Below are positions 29,903 to 39,642 of a stretch of 64,000 nucleotides of DNA, one piece after another (the stretch's first letter is position 1; every line of letters begins with the position of its first letter). The notes beneath the pieces were generated by a model that did no database searches, was not told the DNA's origin, and saw nothing but the letters and a program-made list of their open reading frames with translations. Position numbers and translations under genes: made by a program. Source of the stretch: a virus (Duplodnaviria > Caudoviricetes). The stretch lies in IMG/VR virus record IMGVR_UViG_2627853916_000003, positions 27,868-91,867 of that record; one strand, given 5' to 3'.

Positions 29903-30149
29903 TGGCCAGCGCCTTGTCTAGTTGTTTAACCACATCAGCGCACATGGAAAAGCGAGGCATTTCATTTCGTATCGCTTTTTCGTCTGCGCCCTCAATAAAG
30001 GCTTTCGCCTCATCTGCACTCCCTAACACCCAACTCACACATACGTTCGCTACCGCGCCAGCGTTGCGGCTAATGGCCATCGATACTGTTGCTCCGTGGT
30101 TAGACAGGACAATAGTGCCTTTGCTGGTATTGAACTTTTTTATGGTCAT
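29790..30149 (-). CDS. Hypothetical protein
   Basis: ORF from MTIKKF, just downstream of the operator at 30170. Confidence 0.5.
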   Translation of the reverse strand: MTIKKFNTSKGTIVLSNHGATVSMAISRNAGAVANVCVSWVLGSADEAKAFIEGADEKAIRNEMPRFSMCADVVKQLDKALANGNSKKPVEPTHRAYGSSTARWHGLRNATTSRIYPTR

Positions 30150-30169
30150 TGGTCGATAATTTATGAACC

Positions 30170-30282
30170 GTGTTCGGAATGTTGGAAAAAAGACTACCAC
30201 AACAAATTTTGGATATGCAACCACTAATTTGCACCTTAACATCAAAATTTTATAGCTCGATAAAAATTTGCGTGTTCGGAAT
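30170..30282 (+). promoter_or_regulatory. Two operators in divergent promoter region
   Basis: GTGTTCGGAAT at 30170-30180 and 30272-30282. Confidence 0.7.
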
Positions 30283-30354
30283 AAAAAGGTGTTGCCATAA
30301 TCCAAAAATGGGATTAGATTACGCCCCAAGCAAACAGTCGGAGCAGTTTAAGAA

Positions 30355-30783
30355 ATGAATCTAATTCACGGATTTTGCAGCACTAACCCACTAATTAACC
30401 CTGATATGGTGCTAATGCAGAGAGGCACATACGCCCACCAGCTAAAGCGACTTTTCACTGACAGCAAACTACGTGTTGGCCATCTTTACGAAATGAGAAC
30501 GACAGCAAGTAGCAGCGAAAAATACTGGGAATCATTGGCCGCCTATTTTGATGAAATCACTTTTAAAGCCAAACAAAGTTATACAGAAAGTGATTCTCAG
30601 TATCACTTTTTAACTTACTTATCCGATGCGGTTTATTTGATAGAGAAAAAGGGCATTGATTGGGATGTGCTTATTCACTCTTTGATTTTGGATAGCGACC
30701 AAACGCAAGAAACCCAAGATCAACAGCTACGCAATATCAGCCACCTTTTGAAAATGACACAGCAATACGCAGAGCAGTTTTAA
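30355..30783 (+). CDS. Hypothetical protein
   Basis: ORF with GGAG RBS. Confidence 0.6.
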   Translation: MNLIHGFCSTNPLINPDMVLMQRGTYAHQLKRLFTDSKLRVGHLYEMRTTASSSEKYWESLAAYFDEITFKAKQSYTESDSQYHFLTYLSDAVYLIEKKGIDWDVLIHSLILDSDQTQETQDQQLRNISHLLKMTQQYAEQF

Positions 30784-30785
30784 CG

Positions 30786-30983
30786 ATGGTGACGATCTAC
30801 CCATTAGACGAATTTATTAAAGCGAATTTCCGAAGCAATTCGGAGTTTGCCAGGATTCACGGCGTTGTCTTAAACACGGTTTACAAGATGAACGCCAATG
30901 GCGTCCATGCCAGCGGTGACAGAAACAATTACACCCTTTGGTATGGCAAGAAACACGGCAGTGAACAACAGCAATTGTTCTAG
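30786..30983 (+). CDS. Small Cro/HTH-like protein
   Basis: NSEFARIHGVVLNTVYKM pattern. Confidence 0.5.
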   Translation: MVTIYPLDEFIKANFRSNSEFARIHGVVLNTVYKMNANGVHASGDRNNYTLWYGKKHGSEQQQLF

Positions 30984-31021
30984 TTCCACCAGCAATTAAG
31001 AAACATCAAGAGACAGAGAGC

Positions 31022-31471
31022 ATGTTGAATATGACTTTATTCGAACTGATCACCCCTAGCGACCCATACACGTTCTACGCGCCTAACTTAGAAGTGGCAG
31101 CGGTCGTCGCTTACTCACTATCAAGCCATTACGGCGCTGTTTCAGTCGATAATCCAGAAGAACGCTCACCGATCCTTTTAGGTTGGGGAGAATGGTTTGA
31201 AGAACGAAACATCGATGGCGAGTGGATGAAAGCAAACCATCTTGTTTTGGCCGATGCCTTTGATTCGTTAGTGATTGGCAAGCCGGAGAAACGCGCACAG
31301 TTCGACGCGACATTGGCCGCACTATCTGACAGCCAGAAAGAGGCATTCAAGCGCGAACACAACGACAAGAAGCGCTCAAGCTTGAACAATATTGCCAGCG
31401 TTGCTTACGAGTACGCAGCGAAGTGCCGAGAACTGCATAAACGAGAACAGGGTAAAGCTAATGCTATTTGA
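31022..31471 (+). CDS. Hypothetical phage protein
   Basis: 149 aa ORF. Confidence 0.65.
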   Translation: MLNMTLFELITPSDPYTFYAPNLEVAAVVAYSLSSHYGAVSVDNPEERSPILLGWGEWFEERNIDGEWMKANHLVLADAFDSLVIGKPEKRAQFDATLAALSDSQKEAFKREHNDKKRSSLNNIASVAYEYAAKCRELHKREQGKANAI

Positions 31472-31904
31472 GAAACTAAGTAAGGGCGATGTGGTTTTTG
31501 TTAGACGTACCGTTAATGTCAGCTCCGGTTGGTGTACTCGAACACTAGGCACATTCTTTATCCCTGCCGAGGTTACAGCGGTTACTAAGGCACGTTTTAA
31601 GGCAATGGTACTACGGGACGTTTTAAGCCCTATTGAAATGACGTTTAGACGCGATGATGGCGTAGAACATCGAAGCGGTAGCCAACGCCTAATCGCATTC
31701 AAGCTAGGCCAAAACACGCAAGATGGCGTTGTCACTGACCAGCTTAAAGAATGGCAAGAATGCTGCAAATTGGCTCGGGATATTCGTGACGTTCGCCACC
31801 TAGTGAACGTTAACGATATTGACCCTATGCAGATGACCCAAGCGCTATGTGATGAAGTGTTGGCGGTGATTGCCAAGCTACCACGAAAAGAAAACGGCTA
31901 TTAA
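31461..31904 (+). CDS. Hypothetical protein
   Basis: Start coupled to the upstream gene. Confidence 0.6.
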   Translation: MLFEKLSKGDVVFVRRTVNVSSGWCTRTLGTFFIPAEVTAVTKARFKAMVLRDVLSPIEMTFRRDDGVEHRSGSQRLIAFKLGQNTQDGVVTDQLKEWQECCKLARDIRDVRHLVNVNDIDPMQMTQALCDEVLAVIAKLPRKENGY

Positions 31905-32042
31905 CTTTCCATTGGCTGCCAGTTCGCTGGTGGCCATCCCTATCCTGATTTATGGCCACTTTAGATGAGCGCCAACGGATAGATGCAGTTATAAGCTGTG
32001 GTGTATTATGTACACCCTAACTACCCAAAAGATATACAGAAA

Positions 32043-32969
32043 ATGACTTTCTTCAAAACCAAACTTGCTTCGATTTTATTGTTAGCACCAGCTTTGGCTA
32101 TGGCTAAGACTGACGTTATCGATATACCCGCAGAACAGAACAGTCCGCGGCATTACAGTTGGAAGATAGATGAGGATACGACATTAACTCTACTTCGATA
32201 CTGTGACCCTAAATGGGACAAGAATGATTTTTTCGTTTTTTACAAGGAAAGCTACTGCAACAACCGCGTCTATGTTCATAGCACTATGGCAGATGCCGCA
32301 AAAACGCGCTTTGGTAATAGCTATGCCGTTACGATTAGCTATGGAGAAACGAGTGTCAGGTCTGAAATTTATTTGAGTACGCCTAGCCATAGTTCTATGG
32401 ATATGTTTGCTCGCTCGCTATCTCAGGAGTCCGACCCTGTTGTTAAGGTGAGTGGGTATGGTCAAATATCCGATGACAAGCTAATTAAACTGGATGGTCT
32501 TAAACGCGTTAAAGTTCCAAAAGGTCTGATTGATAGCGACCCAACATATTCAATTGTTAAGTCCGTTCGTTTGATTGGATACCGTGATGCCTACAACGCT
32601 ATTCATAATGGCGCTAAAGCCGAGTTCGATGCCAAGTATGATGAGCAGAACCTAAGCAATGCACTAATGCTGCTTATGAGTGTCATAGTGGCTCTTGGTG
32701 GAAGTTATGTGACTTGGAAGTACGTGTTAAAGCCAAGTGCGAATAAGCTAAGTGAAAAGAGCAAAGAAGTGGCTGATAAGCTTGAGAAAAGCAAGGTTAG
32801 GAGGATTGCCAAAGAAGAAGCGATTCGACAGACCGTTCGTACCACAATCGAAAACGACAATGCTGCGATTACTGCACTAAAGGCTCAGATTAAAGAAGCT
32901 CTTGATAACAATGACGCTAAGACAGCAAAAATTCTGATGGAAGCGTTAGATAGGATGGAAAACAGTTAA
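32043..32969 (+). CDS. Periplasmic/membrane protein (signal peptide, TM helix, coiled coil)
   Basis: MTFFKTKLASILLLAPALAMA signal; hydrophobic segment near residue 210. Confidence 0.65.
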   Translation: MTFFKTKLASILLLAPALAMAKTDVIDIPAEQNSPRHYSWKIDEDTTLTLLRYCDPKWDKNDFFVFYKESYCNNRVYVHSTMADAAKTRFGNSYAVTISYGETSVRSEIYLSTPSHSSMDMFARSLSQESDPVVKVSGYGQISDDKLIKLDGLKRVKVPKGLIDSDPTYSIVKSVRLIGYRDAYNAIHNGAKAEFDAKYDEQNLSNALMLLMSVIVALGGSYVTWKYVLKPSANKLSEKSKEVADKLEKSKVRRIAKEEAIRQTVRTTIENDNAAITALKAQIKEALDNNDAKTAKILMEALDRMENS

Positions 32970-33005
32970 CCATTAAACCACCAGCACCAGATAAGGAACA
33001 GAGCA

Positions 33006-33557
33006 ATGATCATTAACTACGCCTTAAGTACCGTGCCGTTTGATGATGATATGGAATCGTGTGTAAGCACTATGACGGCAAGTGTGTTTATCCTTGGCGA
33101 CCAAGGCGAAGAAACCGAAGTCGCAACGTGTGATTTCTACATAGTGGACTTGGCCAGAGCATCAAACATTACGAACTGTCACGACTTGCTGGATTTAGAC
33201 GGCAGCATTTATCACTTCACTAAAATTCTTGATGATGAGTACATGCTGGTGGATGAGATCGAAGAACTGAATGATGAGCAACAATTAGGACTCTATTCAG
33301 AACCAGATCGCCTTATTGTCATCCACGAACTTAAGGTTAAGAAAGAGCACCGAGGGAACAAGTATTCCAGAGCGCTAATTAAGGACTTTATTGAACGCTT
33401 TACCACTGATAATGACTTGGTTGGATTAAAAGCGTATCCATTGGAAAATTACACTGAGGAAACCGTAACATCGTTACGTGGTTACTACGAACAATGTGGT
33501 TTTGTAGATACAGGTATCGATGACCTCATGCTGTTTGACTCGCTTCAAAGAGACTAA
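33006..33557 (+). CDS. GNAT-like acetyltransferase
   Basis: LKVKKEHRGNKYSRALI and YYEQCGF motifs. Confidence 0.7.
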   Translation: MIINYALSTVPFDDDMESCVSTMTASVFILGDQGEETEVATCDFYIVDLARASNITNCHDLLDLDGSIYHFTKILDDEYMLVDEIEELNDEQQLGLYSEPDRLIVIHELKVKKEHRGNKYSRALIKDFIERFTTDNDLVGLKAYPLENYTEETVTSLRGYYEQCGFVDTGIDDLMLFDSLQRD

Positions 33558-33595
33558 TAAAAATAGAAACATCAAAATAATAGGTATCAATAGAA

Positions 33596-33862
33596 ATGCG
33601 TAAAATTGTTTGTTTATTACCGTTGTTACTGTCTGGTTGTGTCGCTGTTTGGGGACAGTCTTATAACATCGATGTTGCAAACGAGGACTATGTACAAGTT
33701 AACTACGATTCGGCAGTGATCAACTATAAGGCCATGCTTAGCGAGGTTGCCGCGCATTGTGCCAAGTACGATAAAGATTACGTCAATGACAGTACGATTT
33801 TGAACGGTTGGGGAATCACAATGGCCGTTTATCGCTGCGTAGAGAAGAAAGAGAACAGTTAA
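33596..33862 (+). CDS. Lipoprotein
   Basis: Lipobox LLSGC. Confidence 0.75.
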   Translation: MRKIVCLLPLLLSGCVAVWGQSYNIDVANEDYVQVNYDSAVINYKAMLSEVAAHCAKYDKDYVNDSTILNGWGITMAVYRCVEKKENS

Positions 33863-33941
33863 CCATTAAGCCACCAGCACGGTGGCTTTTTTTGCGTCTA
33901 AAGCTAAAATGCTACTAATTGCTTACAGAGAGGAATGACGA

Positions 33942-34190
33942 TTGAAAGAGTTTGATTTTGCGCTGGTGGCCAAGTTCCAAGGCGAATTGAATGCAGACAC
34001 GCTTTGCGAGCTGTCTAACGCGCTCTTTGAAGTTGGTGCCAATGATTGCACCGTATCCGCATCTGGCAGCGATATTCGTATCGAGTTCGACCGAGAAGCT
34101 GACTCATACGAGGACGCTGTTAAAAGCGCGATGCAGCAAGCTAATCAAGTTAGCGGCCTTACTGCGCTCAGTGTGGCCAACAGCCAATAA
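33942..34190 (+). CDS. HicB-like antitoxin N-terminal domain protein
   Basis: LFEVGANDCT...IEFDREADSYEDAVKSA pattern; no HTH. Confidence 0.5.
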   Translation: MKEFDFALVAKFQGELNADTLCELSNALFEVGANDCTVSASGSDIRIEFDREADSYEDAVKSAMQQANQVSGLTALSVANSQ

Positions 34191-34202
34191 CGAGGTTGCC
34201 CT

Positions 34203-34451
34203 ATGACGACTCAATTAAAAGAGTTTGACGCATCCGACTACTTAACCGACCAACAGACTATCCAAGCCTATATCGATGAAGCGGCAAGCACTGGCGAACC
34301 CGCGCTTATTGCAGAAGCCTTGGCCGCTATCGCCAAGGCAAAGGGCATGGATAACACCTTACAGCCACCCAATGACCCATCTCTGTCCTCACTAATCTCG
34401 CTGGCCAACGTGTTAGGCGTATCAATTCAGTTAGGCATTAACGGGAAGTAA
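34203..34451 (+). CDS. Addiction-module antidote-like protein with truncated HTH
   Basis: FDASDYL...AYI...ALAAIAKAKGM...PSLSSL; the usual recognition helix appears absent. Confidence 0.65.
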   Translation: MTTQLKEFDASDYLTDQQTIQAYIDEAASTGEPALIAEALAAIAKAKGMDNTLQPPNDPSLSSLISLANVLGVSIQLGINGK

Positions 34452-34515
34452 TTTATTCCAGTTGTTCGGTTTGGCCGAACTACTCATTCAATAATCCGTT
34501 CGGAATCTATCCAAT

Positions 34516-34547
34516 TTAGTTTCATTTCTCTACAGAACTGAAACTAA
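34516..34547. other. lox-like inverted repeat site, copy 1
   Basis: TTAGTTTCATTTC-TCTACA-GAACTGAAACTAA. Confidence 0.5.
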
Positions 34548-34641
34548 ACGCATGGCGCGCCTTAATGGTGCGCCTTTTTTTGATCTAAATCACGCCAGAA
34601 ATAAACATAAATCAATCAATTTATATCTATTTATAAAAAAT

Positions 34642-34652
34642 GTGTTCGGAAT
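34642..34652 (+). promoter_or_regulatory. Putative C1-type operator (second variant at 34497-34506)
   Basis: GTGTTCGGAAT upstream of the 34731 operon. Confidence 0.65.
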
Positions 34653-34730
34653 GAGAAAAAGAAGTGGTATATTCAACTCGTTCCTAATCCCCTTGAACTT
34701 TCAGGGGAAGTACAGAAAACGGAGACTACT

Positions 34731-35477
34731 ATGATTGTCTATAAAGTTGGACGTTACACATTCTCTGCTGACCTTTGCCGATACTCAAAAGAAGTCGGCC
34801 AAGAGGGCAACTACACACTAGGCTTTTGCACGGTCGAGTACCTACCTAAAGGCAATAGCCTATACCACCCTGAACCGAAGATTATCGACGCTAACAAACC
34901 ATACGACATTATTGAGTTTGACCCTAAAGCGAAGATCAACGGCAGCCTGGCAATTCAGTGCGAACCAGATAAGTACAACGCGACACAAGCGGAGGAAATG
35001 AGCTGGATTGCCATCAAGATTGACGCACCAAATGGCGACCTAGACGGACTTATCCGAAAAGTGGCCAAAGAACGCGGTATCGAGCTTACTGAGCGCGTTA
35101 TGGATCAAACCAGAGAAAGACTATTCACCAAGTACGCAACGCCTCAATACAGCGATCCGGCAACGGTTGGTGCGCTTGTTCGTAACACCTCAACCCTTAA
35201 GGCCGATTACTACTACAAATCGCGTATCAATGCGCTGGCTAAGCACTTCAATACGACCGTGCGACAAGCTGAATGGCTAGTATTTCTCGATCGCGGTTCG
35301 AAGATGGCCAAACGTGACGATGGCTGGCATCCAACACTACTCGACCTAGACGAACCAGCCACAGAGAAAGAGCTTAATGAGCTGGTGGACGCTGGCGCAA
35401 TCGCCTTTGATGCAGAGAGCAACACGTACACCAACACTGAAAAAACAACCCTAGCACTAAGAGAGAACTACCTGTAA
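34731..35477 (+). CDS. Hypothetical protein
   Basis: 248 aa ORF with GGAG RBS. Confidence 0.7.
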   Translation: MIVYKVGRYTFSADLCRYSKEVGQEGNYTLGFCTVEYLPKGNSLYHPEPKIIDANKPYDIIEFDPKAKINGSLAIQCEPDKYNATQAEEMSWIAIKIDAPNGDLDGLIRKVAKERGIELTERVMDQTRERLFTKYATPQYSDPATVGALVRNTSTLKADYYYKSRINALAKHFNTTVRQAEWLVFLDRGSKMAKRDDGWHPTLLDLDEPATEKELNELVDAGAIAFDAESNTYTNTEKTTLALRENYL

Positions 35478-35489
35478 GAGAGCACTACC

Positions 35490-36176
35490 GTGAATAAGCA
35501 AATAAAAATTTACGTACTGACTACCATGAACAAGGAAAGAGTTGAGTTCATGAAAAAGTTACTTAAGAACGTTAACTTTGAATTTGTGGAATCACTAGGC
35601 ACGGAAGCCTTAAAAGAGCTTGAGGCGAAGTACGCCCGTAAATCGCTGCGCTTTAGAAAGAAAGCCTTAATGCTTGGCGAACTTGGCGCATTCAAAACAC
35701 ACGCTATGGCTTGGGAACGCATCGCCAAATCAGGTGAAGCGGGGATTATCATCGAGGATAGCGCTGATTTCGTTCATGACGCATCGATCTTGCTAAGCGA
35801 CGAAGTACGCAACCAAATCAACAATTGCGGCCTCGTATCTTTTACTGATTACGAGTACAAGCTGCATCCAGATAGACCAACGCTATTTAGCGATATTCCA
35901 TTACGCAAGGCTTTCCCTATTCGTTGTTATGGCATGACCGCACATCGAGCCTACCTATTGCTATCAGCATTAGACAAATCCGGCATGGTAATGCCTGTAG
36001 ACCGTTGGCTGGCGACTCCGAAGCTATCCGGCCTGTTTGGCTTTGTCAGCAACATTGGCGTAGCGATTCGCCGTCACGGCATAACCAGTATAGCGAACGC
36101 GAGACGAGGCAAAGCGTCTTACAACCCGCTTAATCTGATATTCAGAACAATCAATAAGCACAAGTACCAATACTAA
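35490..36176 (+). CDS. Glycosyltransferase family 25 (LPS modifying)
   Basis: GELGAFKTHAMAWERI...IIIEDSA and MPVD motifs. Confidence 0.8.
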   Translation: MNKQIKIYVLTTMNKERVEFMKKLLKNVNFEFVESLGTEALKELEAKYARKSLRFRKKALMLGELGAFKTHAMAWERIAKSGEAGIIIEDSADFVHDASILLSDEVRNQINNCGLVSFTDYEYKLHPDRPTLFSDIPLRKAFPIRCYGMTAHRAYLLLSALDKSGMVMPVDRWLATPKLSGLFGFVSNIGVAIRRHGITSIANARRGKASYNPLNLIFRTINKHKYQY

Positions 36177-36212
36177 CTACCACCAGCAAATGTAAACAAG
36201 TAGGAGCAAATT

Positions 36213-36446
36213 ATGACGCTTGATGATTTGGTTTTTCTTGTCTGGAAAGACGCAACCATTGACGGCAACGAACTACACGGCGTAGTGACGTTAAACGAAA
36301 TTGAATTACTCGGCCTTGTTCGTGAGGCATTCGAGCGCAAAACTGGCCTTAAGGCTCAACACATCGAACTACGCGCCATCACCAGCGAACCAGACGAGAT
36401 TTACGCTGACTTACCACGCATCAAAGTAGGAGAGGATGATGAATAA
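36213..36446 (+). CDS. Hypothetical protein
   Basis: ORF with AGGAG RBS. Confidence 0.6.
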   Translation: MTLDDLVFLVWKDATIDGNELHGVVTLNEIELLGLVREAFERKTGLKAQHIELRAITSEPDEIYADLPRIKVGEDDE

Positions 36447-36594
36447 TTTCTCTGAATTAACGTGCTTTGATTGCGGTTGCGGCGTTGAAGTGTTCTATCA
36501 AGATAACGGCGCACCGTTCTATCAAGTTTTCTACTGTCCAGATTGCAAAGACAAAGCAGTAAGAGAACAGGCCGAAGAACAGGAGGACGAGTAA
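36436..36594 (+). CDS. Small zinc-ribbon protein (not in ORF track)
   Basis: Manual translation MMNNFSELTCFDCGC...YCPDCK; coupled to both neighbours. Confidence 0.6.
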   Translation: MMNNFSELTCFDCGCGVEVFYQDNGAPFYQVFYCPDCKDKAVREQAEEQEDE

Positions 36595-36839
36595 TGCCTA
36601 AAATCATCATCGAAATCACGCAGCCAAAAGACCACAGCGGCGTTATTGCCTTACCAGAAGCCGGAGCGGTTGCCACGACATTGCATGTGGACATTTCCGT
36701 TGAGGGCGACGACAGACAAAAGCTCGCTACACTGGTAGCCGATAAGCTGGCAGACGTGTACACAGCCACTATCCAAACTGGCATTAAGGCGGCGGTTGAT
36801 TCTGTTCTAAAGGAAAGCATTCAAGACAAAACATGTTAA
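36594..36839 (+). CDS. Hypothetical protein
   Basis: ORF from MPKIIIE with GGAGG RBS. Confidence 0.6.
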   Translation: MPKIIIEITQPKDHSGVIALPEAGAVATTLHVDISVEGDDRQKLATLVADKLADVYTATIQTGIKAAVDSVLKESIQDKTC

Positions 36840-37192
36840 TCAACGGCATTGAAGTTACACGCGCATTGATCATCCGTAAGCCTTGGATTCACCTTATCCT
36901 CGCTGGCTTAAAGGTTTGGGAAATGCGCTCAACCAAAACCAAAATCCGAGGCACTATTGCCCTAATAGAACAGGGCACTGGTTTAATTGTTGGCCTAGCG
37001 AACTTAACCGACTCATTAGAGCCTTTATCGCATGCAGAATTGATGGCCAACTTTGATAAACACAAGGTGGACTATGACGCTATGCCAGAGCTGGCCAAAT
37101 GGCGTTGCCCTTGGGTTTTGGAGAACGTACAGCGCATTGAACCAATCCCGTATGAACACAAGGTAGGCGCTGTAATTTGGGTAAATATCTAG
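36833..37192 (+). CDS. ASCH-domain protein
   Basis: ALIIRKPWIHLILAGLKVWEMRS motif. Confidence 0.85.
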   Translation: MLINGIEVTRALIIRKPWIHLILAGLKVWEMRSTKTKIRGTIALIEQGTGLIVGLANLTDSLEPLSHAELMANFDKHKVDYDAMPELAKWRCPWVLENVQRIEPIPYEHKVGAVIWVNI

Positions 37193-37298
37193 GAGTACAA
37201 ATAGCGAAGTGTCGATCGCTTTGCTTTAAAATCCAAACGCCACCAGCGACACAATGCTGGTGGCCATATCAATAACTAATCAGTGACAAGGTAAAACA

Positions 37299-37760
37299 AT
37301 GAATAAAACCAAATTACTCTTATCGTTGGCTATGTTAATCCCTACGTTGGCTAACGCTAGCACTTCATCTAATGAGTACGCTTGGAGCATCTACGGAAAT
37401 AGAAAAGTCGCGGTCACATCGAAAGATGGTCAATACATGGCAGTTTCCGACGAAGATACGCTGTCATTCGTCAAACTTGAGCCATGCAATTACATGGACG
37501 AGGTTGCCAGCGAAACCCCTTACACAGTGCGCGTAAACAATAAAGACGTGCTAATGAAAATGGAATGTGGGACTACCGAGAAAACATTCACACCAACCGA
37601 CAAAGAGGTTCAGAAACATATCTTAAGCTCGCTCTATGAAAATGAATCAATCAGCGCATTCTTTACTGAATTTACAACCAAAGGATTTGGAGCAAGATTG
37701 CTCGAACTGTACGACTTAAAGCAAGAATTGAAGAAACAGAGCGAAGAAGAAAAGCAATAA
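37299..37760 (+). CDS. Secreted/periplasmic protein
   Basis: Signal peptide ending ANA. Confidence 0.65.
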   Translation: MNKTKLLLSLAMLIPTLANASTSSNEYAWSIYGNRKVAVTSKDGQYMAVSDEDTLSFVKLEPCNYMDEVASETPYTVRVNNKDVLMKMECGTTEKTFTPTDKEVQKHILSSLYENESISAFFTEFTTKGFGARLLELYDLKQELKKQSEEEKQ

Positions 37761-37904
37761 GCCAAATAGCAAAACACCGCCCATCGAGGCGGTGTTTTTG
37801 CATCTACAATAATTACACTCTATAACCCTGATTCAACAACTACTTTTACCCGCCAATTGCTGTTAATGTGTAGCTCAAACAACGCCACCAGCAAGGGAAA
37901 CAAC

Positions 37905-38327
37905 GTGAACGACAAGATTGATTTGGACAAGGTACTCGACAAGCTAACCAATATGAGCCCTGACCGCTTAGAGAAAACCATGCAGAAGTTCAACCTAGCC
38001 CAAGAAAGACAAAGGGCAGCTCAAGAAGATAGAGAGGCCAAGGAGTCAGGCATCGAGCGTATTACTTTGTTCTTCGCTGGTGGCCATAAGGCACTATTGG
38101 TAAAGCCTAACCCACTAACGGGAGTTTGGTTGCTGAATCTATACGGAGCTGGCACAGTTACCGCGCCGCAGGATGTGAACGTAGAGTTTGAGGTAACAGA
38201 CCACTTCACTGAGTTATTCCGCTTCTCAATGACGTTTAACGGATTTACCTATTGGCATGACCTTGTTGATGAGCAGATGGCGCAAGAATTGGCCACGTTC
38301 CTTAACGTACCGCTACAGATTCAATAG
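37905..38327 (+). CDS. Hypothetical protein
   Basis: GTG start after AAGGG. Confidence 0.6.
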   Translation: MNDKIDLDKVLDKLTNMSPDRLEKTMQKFNLAQERQRAAQEDREAKESGIERITLFFAGGHKALLVKPNPLTGVWLLNLYGAGTVTAPQDVNVEFEVTDHFTELFRFSMTFNGFTYWHDLVDEQMAQELATFLNVPLQIQ

Positions 38328-38386
38328 CCAAGATGAAAACAGACCAAAAACACCAAGAAAACCGAGCTCTGCTTGCGCTGGTGGCG

Positions 38387-38508
38387 ATTTCTCATAATGA
38401 CGCGACCAACGGGCGCACTATGACCTCAAAAGCGCTTAAATCACGCCTGACAGCGCGAAAGAAAAGTTAACAAAACCACAAAACAAAAGAGTCGCACCAA
38501 GGCGACTC
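38387..38508 (+). repeat. 122-bp direct repeat, copy 1
   Basis: Near-identical to 39106-39227; the two copies flank the csp gene. Confidence 0.9.
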
Positions 38509-38640
38509 GCGTACAAACTCGTAAGGCAAATCTTGGTTTTCTTCCATTGACCTAAGCGGCTGTTCCGTTGGAACTCTCTCCACTTAGTTTGAACAAAAAA
38601 AGCCCCAGCTAATAGCTAGGGCTTTTTTTAGATTCGTTTT

Positions 38641-38859
38641 TTAAGCAAGGCAGACATTAGCCGCTTGCAGGCCTTTCTGGCCTCTCTCAACATTAAATGT
38701 AACCTGTTGACCTTCAATCAAAGTCTTAAATCCATCGGATACAATGGCATTAAAGTGAACAAACACATCGTCACCACCATCACTTTGAGAAAGAAAACCA
38801 AAACCTTTCGATTCGTTGAACCATTTAACTGTACCAGTTGCTTTATTTGAATTAGACAT
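38641..38859 (-). CDS. cspA: Cold-shock protein (CspA family)
   Basis: [14 protein letters not shown] and DVFVHF RNP motifs; long 5' leader; own terminator. Confidence 0.9.
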   Translation of the reverse strand: MSNSNKATGTVKWFNESKGFGFLSQSDGGDDVFVHFNAIVSDGFKTLIEGQQVTFNVERGQKGLQAANVCLA

Positions 38860-39105
38860 TGTTGTCCCTTATAAAATTAAATTAATTATATCGCAAAATG
38901 CGACGCGCTAAGACATTGAATTATTTAATGATTGGGAACAACTAAGGAGCATTCTAAGTATTGTAACGTAGAGAGGTACAACAAGGAGAGGTTTTACTTA
39001 ATATGAAACTTTGCATTTAATAACTCTGAACAGCAGAGCGGAGCTAGTATTACTCAAGTTGCTTACAATGTAAATGTTTTTTTGACGAATGTCACAAAAT
39101 TTTCT

Positions 39106-39227
39106 ATTTCTCATAGTGACGCGACCAATGGGCGCACTATGACCTCAAAAATGCTTAAATCGCGTCTGACAGCGCGAAAGAAAAATTAGCAACCCCACAA
39201 AACAAAAGAGTCGCACTAAGGCGACTC
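39106..39227 (+). repeat. 122-bp direct repeat, copy 2 (ends in terminator hairpin)
   Basis: Near-identical to 38387-38508. Confidence 0.9.
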
Positions 39228-39234
39228 TTTTTAG

Positions 39235-39642
39235 TTAAACGCAAACTCTTTGAGACACATTACCCGAGCCAGTAGCCACTCGGCCACGAACGCGACCGCA
39301 CACTACATCACCCGAACCTGTACGAACATCCCCGCTAACGTCTCCGCATTTCACGTTACCCGAGCCAGTGTTAATTGACTTAGCGCCATTGCAATTGACG
39401 TTACCCGAACCAGCGTCAATATCGCCCACATCGCCGTTGATATGGATATTGATATTAACGCTCTTAATATCCTCTTGTAGCTTGCCATCCACAAACACAC
39501 GGCCATCGCTATCTATCGAGATAGAATTGCCCTTATAGACCTTGCCGTTGATTCTGATTTCGCTACCAGCGCTAATACTTGAGATAGATGCAGCTACGTT
39601 TGAAAATCGCAGCTTGCCAAACAGTTGATTTAACCAAGACAT
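39235..39642 (-). CDS. Beta-solenoid repeat protein (DUF4097-like)
   Basis: Repeated TGSGNV/TGSGDV. Confidence 0.65.
   Translation of the reverse strand: MSWLNQLFGKLRFSNVAASISSISAGSEIRINGKVYKGNSISIDSDGRVFVDGKLQEDIKSVNINIHINGDVGDIDAGSGNVNCNGAKSINTGSGNVKCGDVSGDVRTGSGDVVCGRVRGRVATGSGNVSQRVCV

Noticed and set aside
30213-30235. AphA box upstream of the aphA-like operon
   Set aside because: ATATGCA half-site is present but the second half is not at N6 spacing; the same applies to TGCATAT at 49779
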